Part shown: one piece after another, positions 13,471-27,400 of the stretch
How the letters are laid out: the number at the start of each line of letters is the position of its first letter
How positions within the stretch are numbered: the stretch's first letter is position 1
Source: Harriotta raleighana
Lineage: Eukaryota
Length of the DNA: 64,000 bases
Assembly: GCA_050575255.1 (NCBI GenBank)
Contig: JBNZDD010013635.1
Location: 3,136,358 to 3,200,357, forward strand
Direction of reading: 5' to 3'
The notes under the pieces: generated by a model
The model's input: the letters and a program-made list of their open reading frames with translations, nothing else
Told to the model about the DNA's origin: nothing
Database searches by the model: none
Program-made: the position numbers and the translations under genes

Positions 13471-16189
13471 CCCTCGATTATTGACTCAGATGCTGAATCT
13501 GAATGCACAAAACAGAGCATGCCGTCTTTATTCTCAGCCTAAATAATGCATTGCCAAACATGAAGCATTAATAAAAATACAGTCAGAAAACAAGAGGAAT
13601 TGGTTTGGATTACACCACGGTACAGATTTTTCTGGTTCTCTCACCTATGATTGTATAAAGTCACTACACTTGGACTGGTATTGGTTAAAGGCTTTGAAAC
13701 ATTTCAGAGTTAAGGGCACTGTATAAAATGTAAGGATCATTGTTATTAATTTCAAAATAGTAATAATGTTATGTTGAAATTAATATTATTATTATTAATT
13801 TCAAAAATATTTGCGTGCGTCTATTAAGTGCCGATTCAAGCACGATGCTTGTCCAACTATGACCAGCTGGGCCAGTAACTCAAGTAACTGCTAGAAACAA
13901 AAGAACTGGATCTGTCCTGGATAGGCTTAACACATCTGAAACAATCATGAGATTTAGCATCTGAGTCAATAACAAGCAATAGACTCCACTCCTTCAGTGT
14001 TGTATGGGCAGTTTCTTGGATCAATTTCCAATCATCCAACAAAGATCAAGGAATCTCTGGATACTTGCCAATGTGCTAGATTATCTATAAGGTAGCACAT
14101 CCAACCATATTGCTCCACTATTCTTCCAATCCCCCTCTTCCCCTTCTCTTCTGTAAAAGGGGAAAAGTTTTTACTTCTGAGGTAAGGGCAACTTTCCAGG
14201 AAGTTCTCACAATGACCCTCCGTTAACCTGGAGATAATCTTTTTTCTCTTCAGACAGGTTGCTTTAAAGGAGAGAAGCTGAATAAAATTAATTGTCATCA
14301 ATGGCAAAGTGTTACAACCAACTGAGTTAAATGTTAAAACAGCCACAATTCCAGAGGCTTCAAAGTAGGTTTTTGGAAGAAACATAAAATGGCCTTAGGC
14401 ATTTGCAACGCCTGGGACTGTGTAAAAGAACACATTTTAATGTGGATGAAGACTTCCTTGGGATATTTTGTAAGTGGTGGGGTGTGGGGGATGAGATCAC
14501 CAATGCTTCTATAATGACTAGGAATAGTCTGAATTGAAGTCTGGAAGCACTAGTGGGTGGATATTTTTGCAGAAAGAGGATATACAGCATTGAGACGTTT
14601 TACAAATGTATATTTAAAATCTTCAATTGGAATTAAATATTTATGACCCTGGATGAAGTGTCTGTGATCAATGTTTCCTAATGTCATATTCACCTTCCTC
14701 CATTGCAGCCTACGAGTGTACCAAGCAGTGAAAACTTGGCGTTAAACTCTGCCCCATACTTTTCAAGTCAAGGCTGGGTTGAGCTCCAAGTGTGCCAAGA
14801 CAGTGTTGGTTCCCTGAAGGGCTGTGCAGATCCAGATGCCCCCTAGGTTGGAAAAGTCTTGCCAGCAGGAAACAACAGCTGCAGATGTGGAGTCTTTGCT
14901 TTAGTCTTTGAGAAAGCATGACAGGCATAATGAGCCAAGAAATAAAACAGTACATCTGAATTTGCTCTGAGCAAGTGAGCACCTTTCACAGTGGCTGCAG
15001 TGAAGTAGAATTGCTATCAGCAACATCTGCCACATGCTTAATAAGTACAGTAACTGGAATCCCAGCTTCTTTTTGCACCAGCAGCCAAGAAGGGACCATT
15101 GTGGCACTGCACAATTTATAGTGTCTAATTATATAGAGGCCCTGATGGGATACTTCTCTACAAAGCAAGATCCATCTGATTCCACAAGTGACCAGAAGTG
15201 CAGGTTGCTATTAGACAAAACTTGTAGGATTCCTGTGGGCCTGGAGCGATGAGGCAATGCACTTGGGTAGAAATAAAGCAACTGGAACACAAGACCACAG
15301 TCCACTACCACAACATTGATCATATCAAATGCACATCACTCTACTCTGTAGACATGTCTGAGAGGCAACTTTTTCTTTTAATGAGACCTGCTTCCTGCTC
15401 ATCTCTCAGTCATAGTTGGGAGTTTTCATTCCTGTTGAATCCACTGTCAACAGACATTTAGACACGGTATAATTGTGTAGTAGCATATTGATTATGGATT
15501 CTCCATCAGGTCTGGCAACAGAACAGCAGGCTGGTGTTTTACGATGTAAAGACCTCCTAGACTGGAGCAGCATCAACCGAATGTAGGATGCCTTTACAGG
15601 AAATTCATCATCACAGGAAATGCTTGTCCTAACTGTGCCACCAGTGTTTCAAGAAAGCAGTAATGGAATAAGCCCAAACCTATAAATTAGAATACTTGAA
15701 TTATGGATACCAAGAGAACTGCAGAGCTGACACAAAAGCCACTCGGTCTCCACTGTAATTGGCTTCTCAGCTTGATGCTGCTTTAATTAGTGCTGGGCTC
15801 TTTAAACAATGAGTTTCCAGTTAATTGGTCGCATTTCAGATAATACCACATGCTTCTTCACAATCCATTGTGGGTACAGCAAATCCCAGTGTTGTCTGAA
15901 ACTCTAGTTTTCCAGTCTTGCTCGTATCTGTTTATATGAAGTAATTAGTGAAGTTTTTGAATACCTCAAACAAAATACAGTACCACAATTTGCAAAGGCA
16001 ATCCTCCAGATCCATCTGAAAAGAAACATTCTGTACTTGGGGGAATATATTCTGCGAAGCTACCTTTTTGTGAACAGCAGGACACGTGCAAAAAAAACAT
16101 CAAAAAACCATTTGGGAAAAAACACTTCCTGAACAACAAAAGCTTCGCAAAATAGCTGCTGATATTATTTGGTGCAGTTGGAATTAGGT

Positions 16190-16630
16190 CATAAACATTT
16201 ATATAGAGCCATTACCATCTCAAAGCACTTCAAAATGCACAGTGGACAGAAAACAAGAAGTGAGAGAAATTCAGTAATGAGCAAAAGGTTCAGTCAAAGG
16301 TATATCTTTTAGACCAAGAAGGGATAAAAGATAAAATGAATTTGGAAGCAAGTACAAAGAACAGACATGTTGGGGTTGAAGGATTGGCCTTTGATGGGAA
16401 GATATGAGGGATTTAGGCATAAACATTATGGGGTTAAAAGCAGACGAGTGAAAGCTAGGACAAGGGGTGAGAGAGGATACACAATTAGGGTATAGCAAGA
16501 ACATGAATGGATTTGGTTGAATCCTATTCTCCATGGATCTAAATCAGTCCCAGGATGGACAGAGCTAGTGATAACAGGCAAGACAGGAATGGCTGTGGCT
16601 TTTAAGAGTCAAAGGGGAATTGTTGTTTTT
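16190..16630 (-). mobile_element. Old, highly diverged L2-like fragment
   Basis: Tail-like CATTTATATAGAGC..TCTCAAAGCACTT followed by a purine-rich body resembling antisense L2. Confidence 0.4.
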
Positions 16631-17724
16631 GTAAATTCTGCAATCTTACTACTGTAATTAATGCATACCCTAGAAATTTTTCTTTTTTCTTTAGTAAGAA
16701 CAATAATCTCTAACAAATATCAGAAAAAAAGTCACATATTCTAGATGCTCATTTCAGTGTGTGTGTTAACAAGTTTACCCTCAGCATTTTTGATCACTTT
16801 TAGAAAAATTGAGGGCCCACAGAATAAATAAACCTAGAGGAACCAGTAGGCTAAACTTTGTAGGAATCGAGTTTACATTCAAAGACTTGGAGAAATTGGA
16901 ATCAAGCAAGTTCAGATCCTTCTCTTCAGTGTGCCAATACCACTAACTCACCAACTAATGATAACCTCAACATTTCATAGTTTACACACAAAAAGCAGTG
17001 TGTAAATAAACAGAAGCAACAACAAAATTACATTTGTATAGTGCCTTTCAGGTCAGGAAGACGTCTCAAGTTGATGGCCAATCAGATGCAGAATCATTGA
17101 TGAAAATTGACTGGTATACATTGGTATGTCGAAATTTAAGTTTAAGATTGCCAAGGTACGATACCTCTAAATGTTTAAGTTCTTCACATTGTAATTCTTC
17201 AACTTGTAATGGCTCATTAACTTAACCAATAATGGATAGTTGAGTTTCAAAGCAACAGGCTATGTTTGTAGCATTGAAAGCAATGATTTAGTTTTACATT
17301 TTCATGAATAATGTAATGATGCGTAGGTGGTGAAGCTGGTGTATGTGCCTTTGAAGCCTAAAAGATGATTTATGTTGTCTTATTGCATTGATATTAATCA
17401 GGAGCTGACTGTTTATTTAAATGCACTGTGTTGATGATGATTTTAACTTGCTATAATAGGAAGTGTGAGTGTTTGATGTTTGGAAACAGCTAATTGAAGG
17501 TAAGTGCATAGATTGCACAAAAGTACTGACTTCCTCCTTACATGAAAGGTGCTTTATAAATGTAAATTGGATTGTATTATATATCCCTACCAAAATTTCT
17601 ACCCTTAGCACATTTACTCAAAGATGTGACTGTATTAAAATAAAAAGTATTCTACCCAAATAGACACCCACACAAGAGCATAAATCTCACTCAGCATGTT
17701 GGAATGACAATTCACCAAGCACAT

Positions 17725-18060
17725 TATGTATTAAACCAAAGTCCTGTCTGCCTGCCTGTCCAAATGGATGTTAAATATGCCATGGCTCCACTCAACAAGA
17801 GAAGGGAGTTTCTCCTGGTATCCTGGCCAACAATTCCTCAAATAAAATTGATCACTCGCTGCATGGCTGTTTGTTGGACATTGCTGACGTGAAAGACATT
17901 ATGCAAGTGTAATTTTGTTGTTGTTGTTGCTGTATGCAAATTGGCTGCCACATTTGCCCACAGAATACCCACAGTCATACCACTTTACGATACAGTATAT
18001 CCTGGGAAGCGGTTTAACAGTCTCGATGACGTGTTAAATCAAATGGAAGGATTATTATTA
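17725..18060 (+). mobile_element. Older Deu-domain SINE containing a ~40 bp L2 tail insertion
   Basis: TTAAACCAAAGTCCTGTCTGCC..ATGCCATGGC..GAGAAGGGAGTTTCTCCTGGTATCCTGGCCAA resembles the Deu domain as I recall it. The insert is flanked by TTGCTG. Confidence 0.7.
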
Positions 18061-19039
18061 AATTGCAAATTTGCTGCATAGAGTCATTGTGAGCAAAGCA
18101 AGAACATCCTGCCAAGAGCAGATGAGAAAGCCTGGGAGAGGGGGAATAAGAGCTACAATAAAAGTGTTTTATAGCTAAGATCAAATTCATTATCGTAAGG
18201 GTGGAATGTTATTCTTGTGGGTCACTGTTCAAATTTAACCTCCAATTTCCTTTATTAAAAACAGAATTATTTTCTAAACGGCATTTAGATGACAGCACAA
18301 AAAGGAAAAAAGAATCCTCACTGTCTCAAAACTAAAAGTGAAATGACAAATGAACCATTTTTCTCTTCAACTGCCTGGCCACTTAAGCACACTGCTACTA
18401 TACCCTCAATTCTCAGCAAATGACAGGTACTTGGTTGGGATGCTGTCTAATAATAGGTGTAGAAATGCTTTCAATACACTGCTGTTTTCTACAGTACAGT
18501 GTAATTTGGTGTCATTATTTTCAGTAATGTAAGCAATTCAGCACTCACCATTTTTCTAAAAAGTGTTTTTTATATTGGCATATTTTCTGCAAGATGCAAT
18601 TTTGTGCTCTCACCATTTTCTCCATTGAAGTACAAATCGGTACAATTTGTAGACTCTAGACTAGACAGAGCAAATTTTCTATTTCTGTGGTACAAAGCAT
18701 AATTAACAATATCTCATTGTATAGTAGTTTGAAAAGTCTGCAATTTTTTTTTAACTATTCAATACAGATCACCATTTCCTGCAACATGTTTTACTTTTTG
18801 CTTTTCATATCAAATAATCACGTTCTGGATTCAAAGTTCAATTTAAAACTGCAGAGCTGATTAAGACACCACAATGACATTTCCCCTTGAAGGCCGAGTT
18901 TATTCATTGACCCACAAATCTTGAGCAAAGGTTAATCCCTAATCTGAGTTGGGTTACTTGATTTCAGCCTGGGTAAATTTGGGATGGGGAAAAATTAGCA
19001 AGTAAAATAGCAATACTGAAACCTATTGCTCTGAGCAAT

Positions 19040-19310
19040 CTGTGTTTGATGCAAGGATGAAACCTTGAGCAAGTTTCCTTACTCCACATGCTTGGTAATA
19101 ATCCCTCAAGGGAAAAAACCCAATAGTAATTTGATCACTCAATCCATGATTGTTTGTGGGACATGGGACACTGCTGTACGCAATTGGCTGTCACATTTTG
19201 CCCCCAAACATACAGTCAATTCACTCTACAGTACATTCTGTGAAGTGCTTTAAGACATGGAGAAAACATGAAAAGCCCTATATCAAATGTAAGGATTACT
19301 GTATTATTAA
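19040..19310 (+). mobile_element. SINE copy with a partial head
   Basis: CCTTGAGCAAGTTTCCTTACTCCACATG...GTAAGGATTA matches 1327-1643. Confidence 0.8.
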
Positions 19311-22300
19311 GTTTCCATATACAGTAAACCCCTGCTTTACCATACTTCACATAGCCAGAATTTGGATAGAGCCAAACTGGGCTCGAAATGAAAAATTTAT
19401 AAAAGCTTTTCACTGATCCACATTCATGTAGACTCTTGCTGGTCCACCCTATCCTAGTGCACACAAGCCTCACCATTTATTCGCTATCTTCTGCTCATAG
19501 GATTCAAGCAATGCCGGTACCAGTATTTAAGAAAAATGACGGTACTGGCATTAAAATTACTTTAGCTGTACTGGATCCCCCACGTGCTCTCTCCCTTTCA
19601 CCTTCCAGCTAGCCGGAGTTTAAGATTGCAGAGGTACACAGTTAATATGAGGTGGCTAGCGAGAGAGTTGATAAAGTTGTCCTGTTATTCACCATGTAAC
19701 CACTTATCTTTGATAAGATACAGATTTCATTTGAAAAAAAATCTCTTATGAACCAAAACTGGTGCATCCATCTTGCCAAACTGCATCAAAGTGGAAGACT
19801 AAAGAATCGGGCTAGAGGTTAATCACTGAGCTTGTCCTCAATTTAAGTTATTGCTAAGTAGCAATAATGGAGCTCATTTACACTGTCCTGTCAAACTGAG
19901 GACCCGTGCAGATTGACTGACCCTCCATCTCTTCTTTAAATCACTCTCCTTGTCCTGAACTTGTCACAGCAGCACATAGCTGTCTATCGTTACTGAATAC
20001 TAAAGCCAAGGAATGTGGTTGGCAGTGAAATGATCATGAATCAGCCTTCCTCCCAGAGATGGATAAATAACGCTTCCATTTTACTTCAATCATCTTTCTG
20101 AACAGATGTTTATCATTCTCCTTCAAGTAAAATGATTTATAGATCAATGTTACCAGTCATTTTAACTTCCTTTTTCTCCTTTTGATGTTCAATGATTCAT
20201 GCATTAATATTAAGATGAGACGTCTGGCTGAAATGCATCCTTCAGAAATATTTTGAACTGAGCAACTCACTTGGAGTGCAAATCAGGCATCAAACTCAGC
20301 TTCAAAGACATTACCAGCTCCCTCTCCCTAATAAAAAGTGCCTGTGGCTCCCAAACAAGGACATTGTATCATTTGCTGTCATTATTTCCAATAAAATATG
20401 TAGAACTTAGCAAAGCTGGAAGATGAGCAGAAGTTACGGATCAGTGAATGAAGTAGACCCATTAAATATCTGTTCTTCAAATTTCAGCTATGCCTTTGTG
20501 CACACGAGAAAGAGAAACATGCACTCTACACCCAAGGCATAATGTAATATGTATTTTTTTAAATTACATTTCAAAATATATTGCCATGTGAAAACAGTAT
20601 TAAAATTAACAAATGACCGTAGTTAACTTAAATACCATTTAGTTATTTCTGTTAGGAGTTCTGACATGTTTGTTTTTGCCATTAAGCACTGATGGCATCA
20701 TTAGAACAACTGAGTGAAAGAATGTGAACCAAATACCATAGAAGAGGCTTGAATTAAGACACAGAAGTGAGCATTGCGGGATTAGTATAGCCTAGCACTA
20801 GTGGGAAATATCTCCAGTGCACCTTACCAACACTGCTGCAATGTCAGCAGCTAATGGAATTATTCATTATATTTGTGCATCATCAAAGGATCTGTGTAAA
20901 GTTCACTAGAACTTGCTAAAACTAACAAATCTTTCATTTTCCACTTATGATGAAAAATGATGACTATGTGGTCAAAATTAGTGTTTTAAAAAATGCATTC
21001 CTTTATTTAATTGCCTGTTCTGCAGGGGTTAATTGGTACAGAAGATGTATTTAACACATGTCTAAAACATGTAATAAACAGAAGGTTTTGGCATTGAACA
21101 ACCCATGATGGCAGAATAAGTTGCTTATAAGATTATTGTTACTACTATCTGGCAAAGAAGCACACAATCACCAAGCTTTGACTCCATTTTTCCAGTCCTG
21201 GCTATTAAAATGAATGGTTTTAGATGTACCAAAAATGTTGACCTCTGTATGTGTAGAACAAAATGCTTGCCGGCATTATACAACAGAGTATGTTAATATA
21301 CCAACATTTTTCAATCTTGCTGCATGAAATAATAATGCTGTAGTTCCAACAGAACTGGAATAATTACATTCCACAAAATATTTGATCATCTTTCTCTGTA
21401 AACAAACAGTCTCATTCATAACCAGACTTGCATCCAGCTGCTTTCTAAAGCAGTTAATCAACGGGGCATTAACTTCTCCTAATGGAAGCCCAGTTCACAT
21501 ATCCACTAGTCAGGTGGAAAAAAATATGCATCTCTTGTGTCTCACTTCATACAAATTAATTTCGAACTTCAGTTATACAGTCACAGGCTGAGTAAAATAT
21601 TTTTTTTTCCATATGCACTAGTCATGCTTTTCATCAAATTAAAGGCTTGCAGCATACTTTCATTTTCTTCCTAATAAACAACTACTGTTCTGAGAATCGT
21701 GATGATTTAGATCTGCAAGTCCCAGGTTCACTCTAATCCCTAATCCCCCCACTCACTAACCCATACCCAAAATGCACATAGATTAACTAAACTGTACCTT
21801 ACCAATGAGTTCTGCAGGGTGAGAATAATTGGTTTCAGGTTTTCTAATCAAATGCCCTTGAGATACATTCCAGTACTTGATTATCCTTGTTCATAACTTC
21901 ACATTAATTGGATACTTTAAGACAGTGGTACTCATTATACAGCCTAAGGGACACTTGTGCCCCATTCATCTCTGGCTTTCAGTTAACTTGCTATTCCACT
22001 CACTGATCCACCATTCCCAGCCTGCCTGCCCAGCATGGGTTGTTGTTTTCAACGATGTTCCCTCTCCTTTTTACTTTCTAATAAAGGAAGACGAGAATAT
22101 TTAGAATGTAGGGTTATTCCATCTTCAATGAGGCAAATGAAAGCTCTCTTTAGCTTAAACTATTGAGGGGAAGAATGGTGCCATTTATTTCTTAACCCAT
22201 TCATTGCGTTCATGAATTAATAATCACAGATTAAATAGATTAAGAGATCCCACAAGTTTCATTTGTTTCCCCTGCTTTCCTGTCCCTGAGTTTCTGGCCT

Positions 22301-25300
22301 CCCCTTGGCAACTGCACAGTTGAATGATTGAAATCAGCTCAATGCATGGAAAAATCATAAGAGCAAACATGAATCCAATCCCTCCATGGCAACTATGTGT
22401 TCAAGCATTCCTGAGAGAATGGCCTTTGAGCAAGTTATTGGTTGGGATTGTGGCCCTTAATACAGTTGATGAATAAACACATTTTTCAGTGAATGATCAA
22501 CATCTCAATCCTTTTGCAGTTCAGCCTCTGGATGCCCATTGATAATGGACATTACATGAACCAATGCAAATTATCTGACATTTAACTACAGTGAATACAG
22601 AAGACTTTACACAATAGGAGCAAATGTGCAGCATCACATAATAGCTTGTGATTCCCTGAATGTTATGAAATGTTACAAATTTCACCCCAATTATTTCTTA
22701 ATGTATTTCTTAGTGTAGGTGGCATACGTGAAACTATTTTGATTGGCATGATGATGGATTTCTGCAAGTCTCAGACATCTACCTGACCCCTGCCCACCCC
22801 CCTCAAAAAATCACGTCAATTTAAACCTGGTTAATTTGCATTTTTAAAAATAAAATTTATGATCATATTCTTGATTTGGACATTATAGCACACAGAAAAA
22901 AGTGGCATATACATGAGTCACATAACATTCAGTTACCTATCCTGGAAAACCTGATTGTAAAAGTAGAGGCAGAATTTCTACAACAGTGAATGAAGCAGCA
23001 TATTCTCCACTAGGCCATTACCATACACTGTAACCTTGTGGCACAGAACCATTTCATTAACATAACGTTTCAAAGTAAAAATTAAATATCACTACACAGA
23101 CAAAGGGCAAACTGTCAAAATCAAAACCTATACTATAATAAGGTGACTTAGCCCCAACAGTCTTTGCAATGGATTTAATTTGCAAACTATACACATTCTC
23201 TTCAAGTCATGATGCCTAAATGCAAAACAATCAATGGCAATACATACAGAATGGAGAGTAGTTAAAGAGGTGCAAAGAGAGTAGATATAAAAACACAGAT
23301 GTTCATGCTTGAAATTAACTAAGGGTCTGGCCCAGATCCAGATCTCAACTCAAGTCAAATCACATGGGGCTCTTCTTACCTGAAGGCTGAATTTTAGTGA
23401 AGGGAAGCATCTTAAATTACCTTCTCCCATTCAAACTAATTAACTAAATAGCCTTAATCTGTAAATCTTTCTGAGTGAATTTTGTGCTCATTAAGGTGTC
23501 GGTGTGCTTGGGCATGAAAACTGGACTTTTTATACTGTGTGTAAGCATCAAATGGCACATTTACCTTGCGAACGTTGATGCTAAAGGCCTTTCATTTCAG
23601 TATTACTTGTGGTGACGTACTACCCGTACAAGCAGTAAATCACACCTTGGGAGGTGGCTTTCACATGTCTGCAATGGCAGAGCCAATGGGCCTGTAAAAA
23701 GGGTCTCTCCCACTGTCTCCAGCAGCTCCCACCATGACCCTTTCCGCTATATCCCATGTTTTTCTAACTGTGAGATGTGAGGTTCTATCTGTGGACTGGG
23801 ACAATCGTGCTGTTCTGTTTATATTTGCTGCAACTCAAGGTTGCCAGAAAACAAGGAACATCCATAGTCGGAAAAATGAAAGCTGTAACTTGGAGATCAT
23901 TGTGCACACGGTGGTTCAATGTTGCCAACAGTTATTGTGTTGTTGGCATGCGGTGCATGAAAATTGCCCTGAAGAGTAAACGGGCAGGATCCCGGTCCAA
24001 AAACCCCAAGGGTACTTCAGAACTGGTTCTATTTAAACTGGCTCTCAAATATCCTGCAAGATTAGCGTATCATGAGACTGCCTATTCAATTCCAATTACT
24101 GCTGAAACACGTGCAGGTTTATATTCTGGCAACATGCCTATTAATGAAGACTGGCCAAACACATTTTTACTTATATCCCTTACAATCAGGGAGAAGAAAC
24201 TTCCATCTATCATTTTATCTTCATGAAGCTTCTTCTCATCAGCTTGAACTAGATCTTAACTTTCGAAGCAAGACTAAAATCAAGTGGGATTTGTAATTCT
24301 AAACCTAAGAATGACAGTGGGCACCACAAGCTACAACAATTCTGGCAATTCTTTACACTTCCAATATCATTCTACTCCTGTGAAATGTAACAACAGATTT
24401 AGATCAAACTGAAACAATTGTGGAGGTAAGGAAAATCTTCCTGATCGTTTGCCGTAACATAAATAATATCATTGGATACAACCATATACATAATACAATG
24501 CAATTTACATTCATACAGAACCGTTGACATTGGGAGGATGTCTCAAAGTGCTTAATAATGCTGGATAATAATATAGGTGACATTCTAATACAGGGACATT
24601 TTATCTTGGATGAATATAGAGGTCACAAAGATCGCTGTGTGAAAGCGGGAATGTCTATGTTACGAACGACGAGAGAAAGAGGGAGAAAAATTACTTTGCT
24701 CTCCATGGAAGTCAGACCATCAGCATCTAAAGTATAAAGTAATTATTCAGTGCATGATAGTCTCTGGCCTGTCAAAGTTATTATTTTAAAAGAGGTGTTC
24801 ATAATAATGAAGCATTTCAATAGCATATTTCTTTTCTACCTATTTATCACGTGAGGGGGAAAAAAAACCTGAGCAAAGTTTTTAATCACAGGCATTGGAT
24901 GAACATTAGTTTGAGCGCCGAGTGCTTCCAACACTTGATATATTGGATGAGATGTAACATTCATCTTGCCATCATACCTCTCATTTACTATGGGGGTAAC
25001 TAATTGAAATTAAATTTAAAGACTGTAATTTAATCAGTTTAGTTCAGGAGATTTATTGCCAGAGACTTATGAAAAATCATGCTGTTTTTGTCAAGTTGCA
25101 AGCAAGAAAGTAACTGAATTACTATAACATGGCGCATACCAATCTCAAAGAGAGCACTATTATCCACCCACCCCTCCTGTACTACATTCATAATTGACTG
25201 CTTTTGCAGGTTGATAGTCCAGTGGTGAATTGTACTGTTGGATGTGCTGTGTTTCACGTACACTTTCAGTTCTCATCAGCTATTCTTTAGGAACATTAAA

Positions 25301-26294
25301 GATTCAATTTCAAGAATCCAAAAAGGAAGCAATTGCTCCAAGTTTTGTGGCCAACTTCATCCGGAGATCCAATGAATTGTTTTGACATGCCTCGGATTAC
25401 CCACTTTGGCAACTGGTATTATTTCTTAAGAAATTTTATTAAAGTGTGAAATAGACACACTTTTGTTTTCAATGAAAGCCTATGAAAGAGCTTGAAGTTG
25501 CACACAGGACCATAAAAGCACTGATAGTTAGGATATACAGTATATATTTGTTGCAGTATTATCAAAGTTCTCCAGCCTTATTAACCTATGAATACCTTGA
25601 AGTGTGGAAGTGGATTTATGCTCAATAATCATAAAGTTGAAGAATTCAGACTTATTTTTTCCCCCTATTTAAATAAGATAATTATCACTTCATTAATCTA
25701 CAACACACTTGATGGAAACAGCATGCCAAGTTTTAAGGAAGAGTTATGGTACAATTTTAATTATCTGACGCACCTTACTGAATTAATTGATGTTGAATTA
25801 ATGAACACATGTATGGAATGAATGCAGTGGGACTTGAGTATCAAATCATAGAAGCTTTGGTTTTAAAAAAAAGTTTCAAAATCTTTGCAAAGTAGTCTCT
25901 CACTGATACTCCCACGTACTTTTTTTTGAAAATGCTCTAAGCAAAAAGTGTATAATCCAATCTAGTACTCTTTGTTAGGGTAAAAAAAAAATCCAAAAAG
26001 TTATATTTCATCCCACTTTTCCCCTTTACTCTCTTCTCATGTGTGATGTTAGAGACTGTGTGTACGTCTTCTGCCAATTTCATAGATATAAGACATGGGG
26101 TTAATAAACAGCTCTTCCTGAGGAACACCTCAGACACATTAGGCGGTCTGGCCACCTTCTGTGCTCGAACATTCAATTACTGTAGTTAAGTTCTGTTACT
26201 TGGTTGAATTGAAATGAAGCTCACCTTTTCAGGACGTTTCTGATTATCACAACTATCTGGCCTATTGAAACAGCTGAGTTCTAGACAGATCATT

Positions 26295-26640
26295 TCACCC
26301 ACAAAATATACAGTCAATTCACTTTACAGTATATTCTGTCAAGCACTTTCTGACACCTAGAAGACATGAAAATAATAATAATCCTTGCATTTGATATAGC
26401 GCTTTTCACATCTTATCGACATCCCAAAGCGCTTCACAGAATATACTGTAAAGTGAATTGACTGTATATTTGTGGGCGGAATGCGGCAGCCAATTGCGCT
26501 CAGCATCGTCCCCCCACACACAGTCATGGATTCAAATGACCAATTTTATTATTGTGGTTTTTTTGGAGGGATTATTATTAGGCATGTGGAGTAAGGAAAC
26601 TTGGAGCGCTATATCAAACGCAAGGATTATTATTATTATC
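26295..26640. mobile_element. Antisense SINE (26372-26601) nested in the tail of a sense SINE (26295-26371 and 26602-26640)
   Basis: The plus-strand tail breaks at ..AGACATGAAA and resumes as GAGCGCTATATCAAACGCAAGGATTATTAT. Confidence 0.8.
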
Positions 26641-27059
26641 AGTAATCCCCCCCACCCTCCCATTGAAGTGTTGCATCAATCTCATGATAATAAATGAGAA
26701 GCTGGCACACAAACATGTCAACAGGAAGGTACTATATCAACATGGAGAAATAGATGCTAAGGACAGGATTGTGTTTGGCTGCGATTGCACAAATGAAGAA
26801 GAAACCACTTAACAATGTACAGTATTGCAATGGAAAATGGATATAGAACTACATGCCAGTCAAATATATCAACAGTTAATATCCCTGAAATACCTTTGAA
26901 AAAATGTCTAATGTAGAATGAGGTTGGATTTTGGTTTGTTCAATAATCTCATTAGAATTCAACACAGGACCATGTGCAGGAAATCATTGACACAGTCACT
27001 AGACTCCAGTCTTGTCAAAGAATCTGAAAAGAAATGGGCTCTTTCTTTTTTCGTCTGTT

Positions 27060-27400
27060 GGATCATGTTTGATTCATCTTTATTGAGTGCATTTTAGTAC
27101 AATATTTTCCGAAAGTTACTGTTACAAACTTAAACATACTCCACACAGATAACAAACTAGAAATGTACAAGGAAACAAAAAAAGCTGTGTTTTTTTTTTA
27201 CAGTTTTTCACTTTGTATTTACAAATGTGCTGCTTGCAACATGCCAATACGTTTTATACATCTGAGAGCCAGCGTGTACGTGCGCAAAATCATGGGAGAG
27301 AAGGTAATGCGGACATTCGTATCCATTTGAAGTTCCTGTTGAATTAAAGGGGTGTGTGACCACTTCAGACGTTCAGTCTTGTCGTTTTTGTCAGCTCTTC
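27060..27400 (-). other. Candidate distal terminal exon of EPHB1 (phase-0 reading EELTKTTRLNV* at 27400-27365)
   Basis: Acceptor tttctcctcctttcctgcag|G at 27401, a 3'UTR-like body containing TGTAAATA and TGTACATT, and AATAAA at 27084-27079. Confidence 0.45.

Noticed and set aside
12599-13546. Long ORFs (193, 192 and 109 aa) as host genes
   Set aside because: They are frameshifted L2 reverse-transcriptase remnants or their antisense frames.
13774-13804. Perfect 12-bp inverted repeat TTGAAATTAATA/TATTAATTTCAA
   Set aside because: AT-rich low-complexity sequence beside a SINE-like tail, with no sign of function.
13850-15730. Possible very old LINE or pseudogene remnant (e.g. DWSSINRM near 15560)
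   Set aside because: Only a faint motif resemblance; I could not reconstruct a reading frame without a search.
23734-24296. Overlapping 81, 149 and 74 aa ORFs
   Set aside because: No recognisable domain and no convincing splice structure; consistent with chance ORFs.
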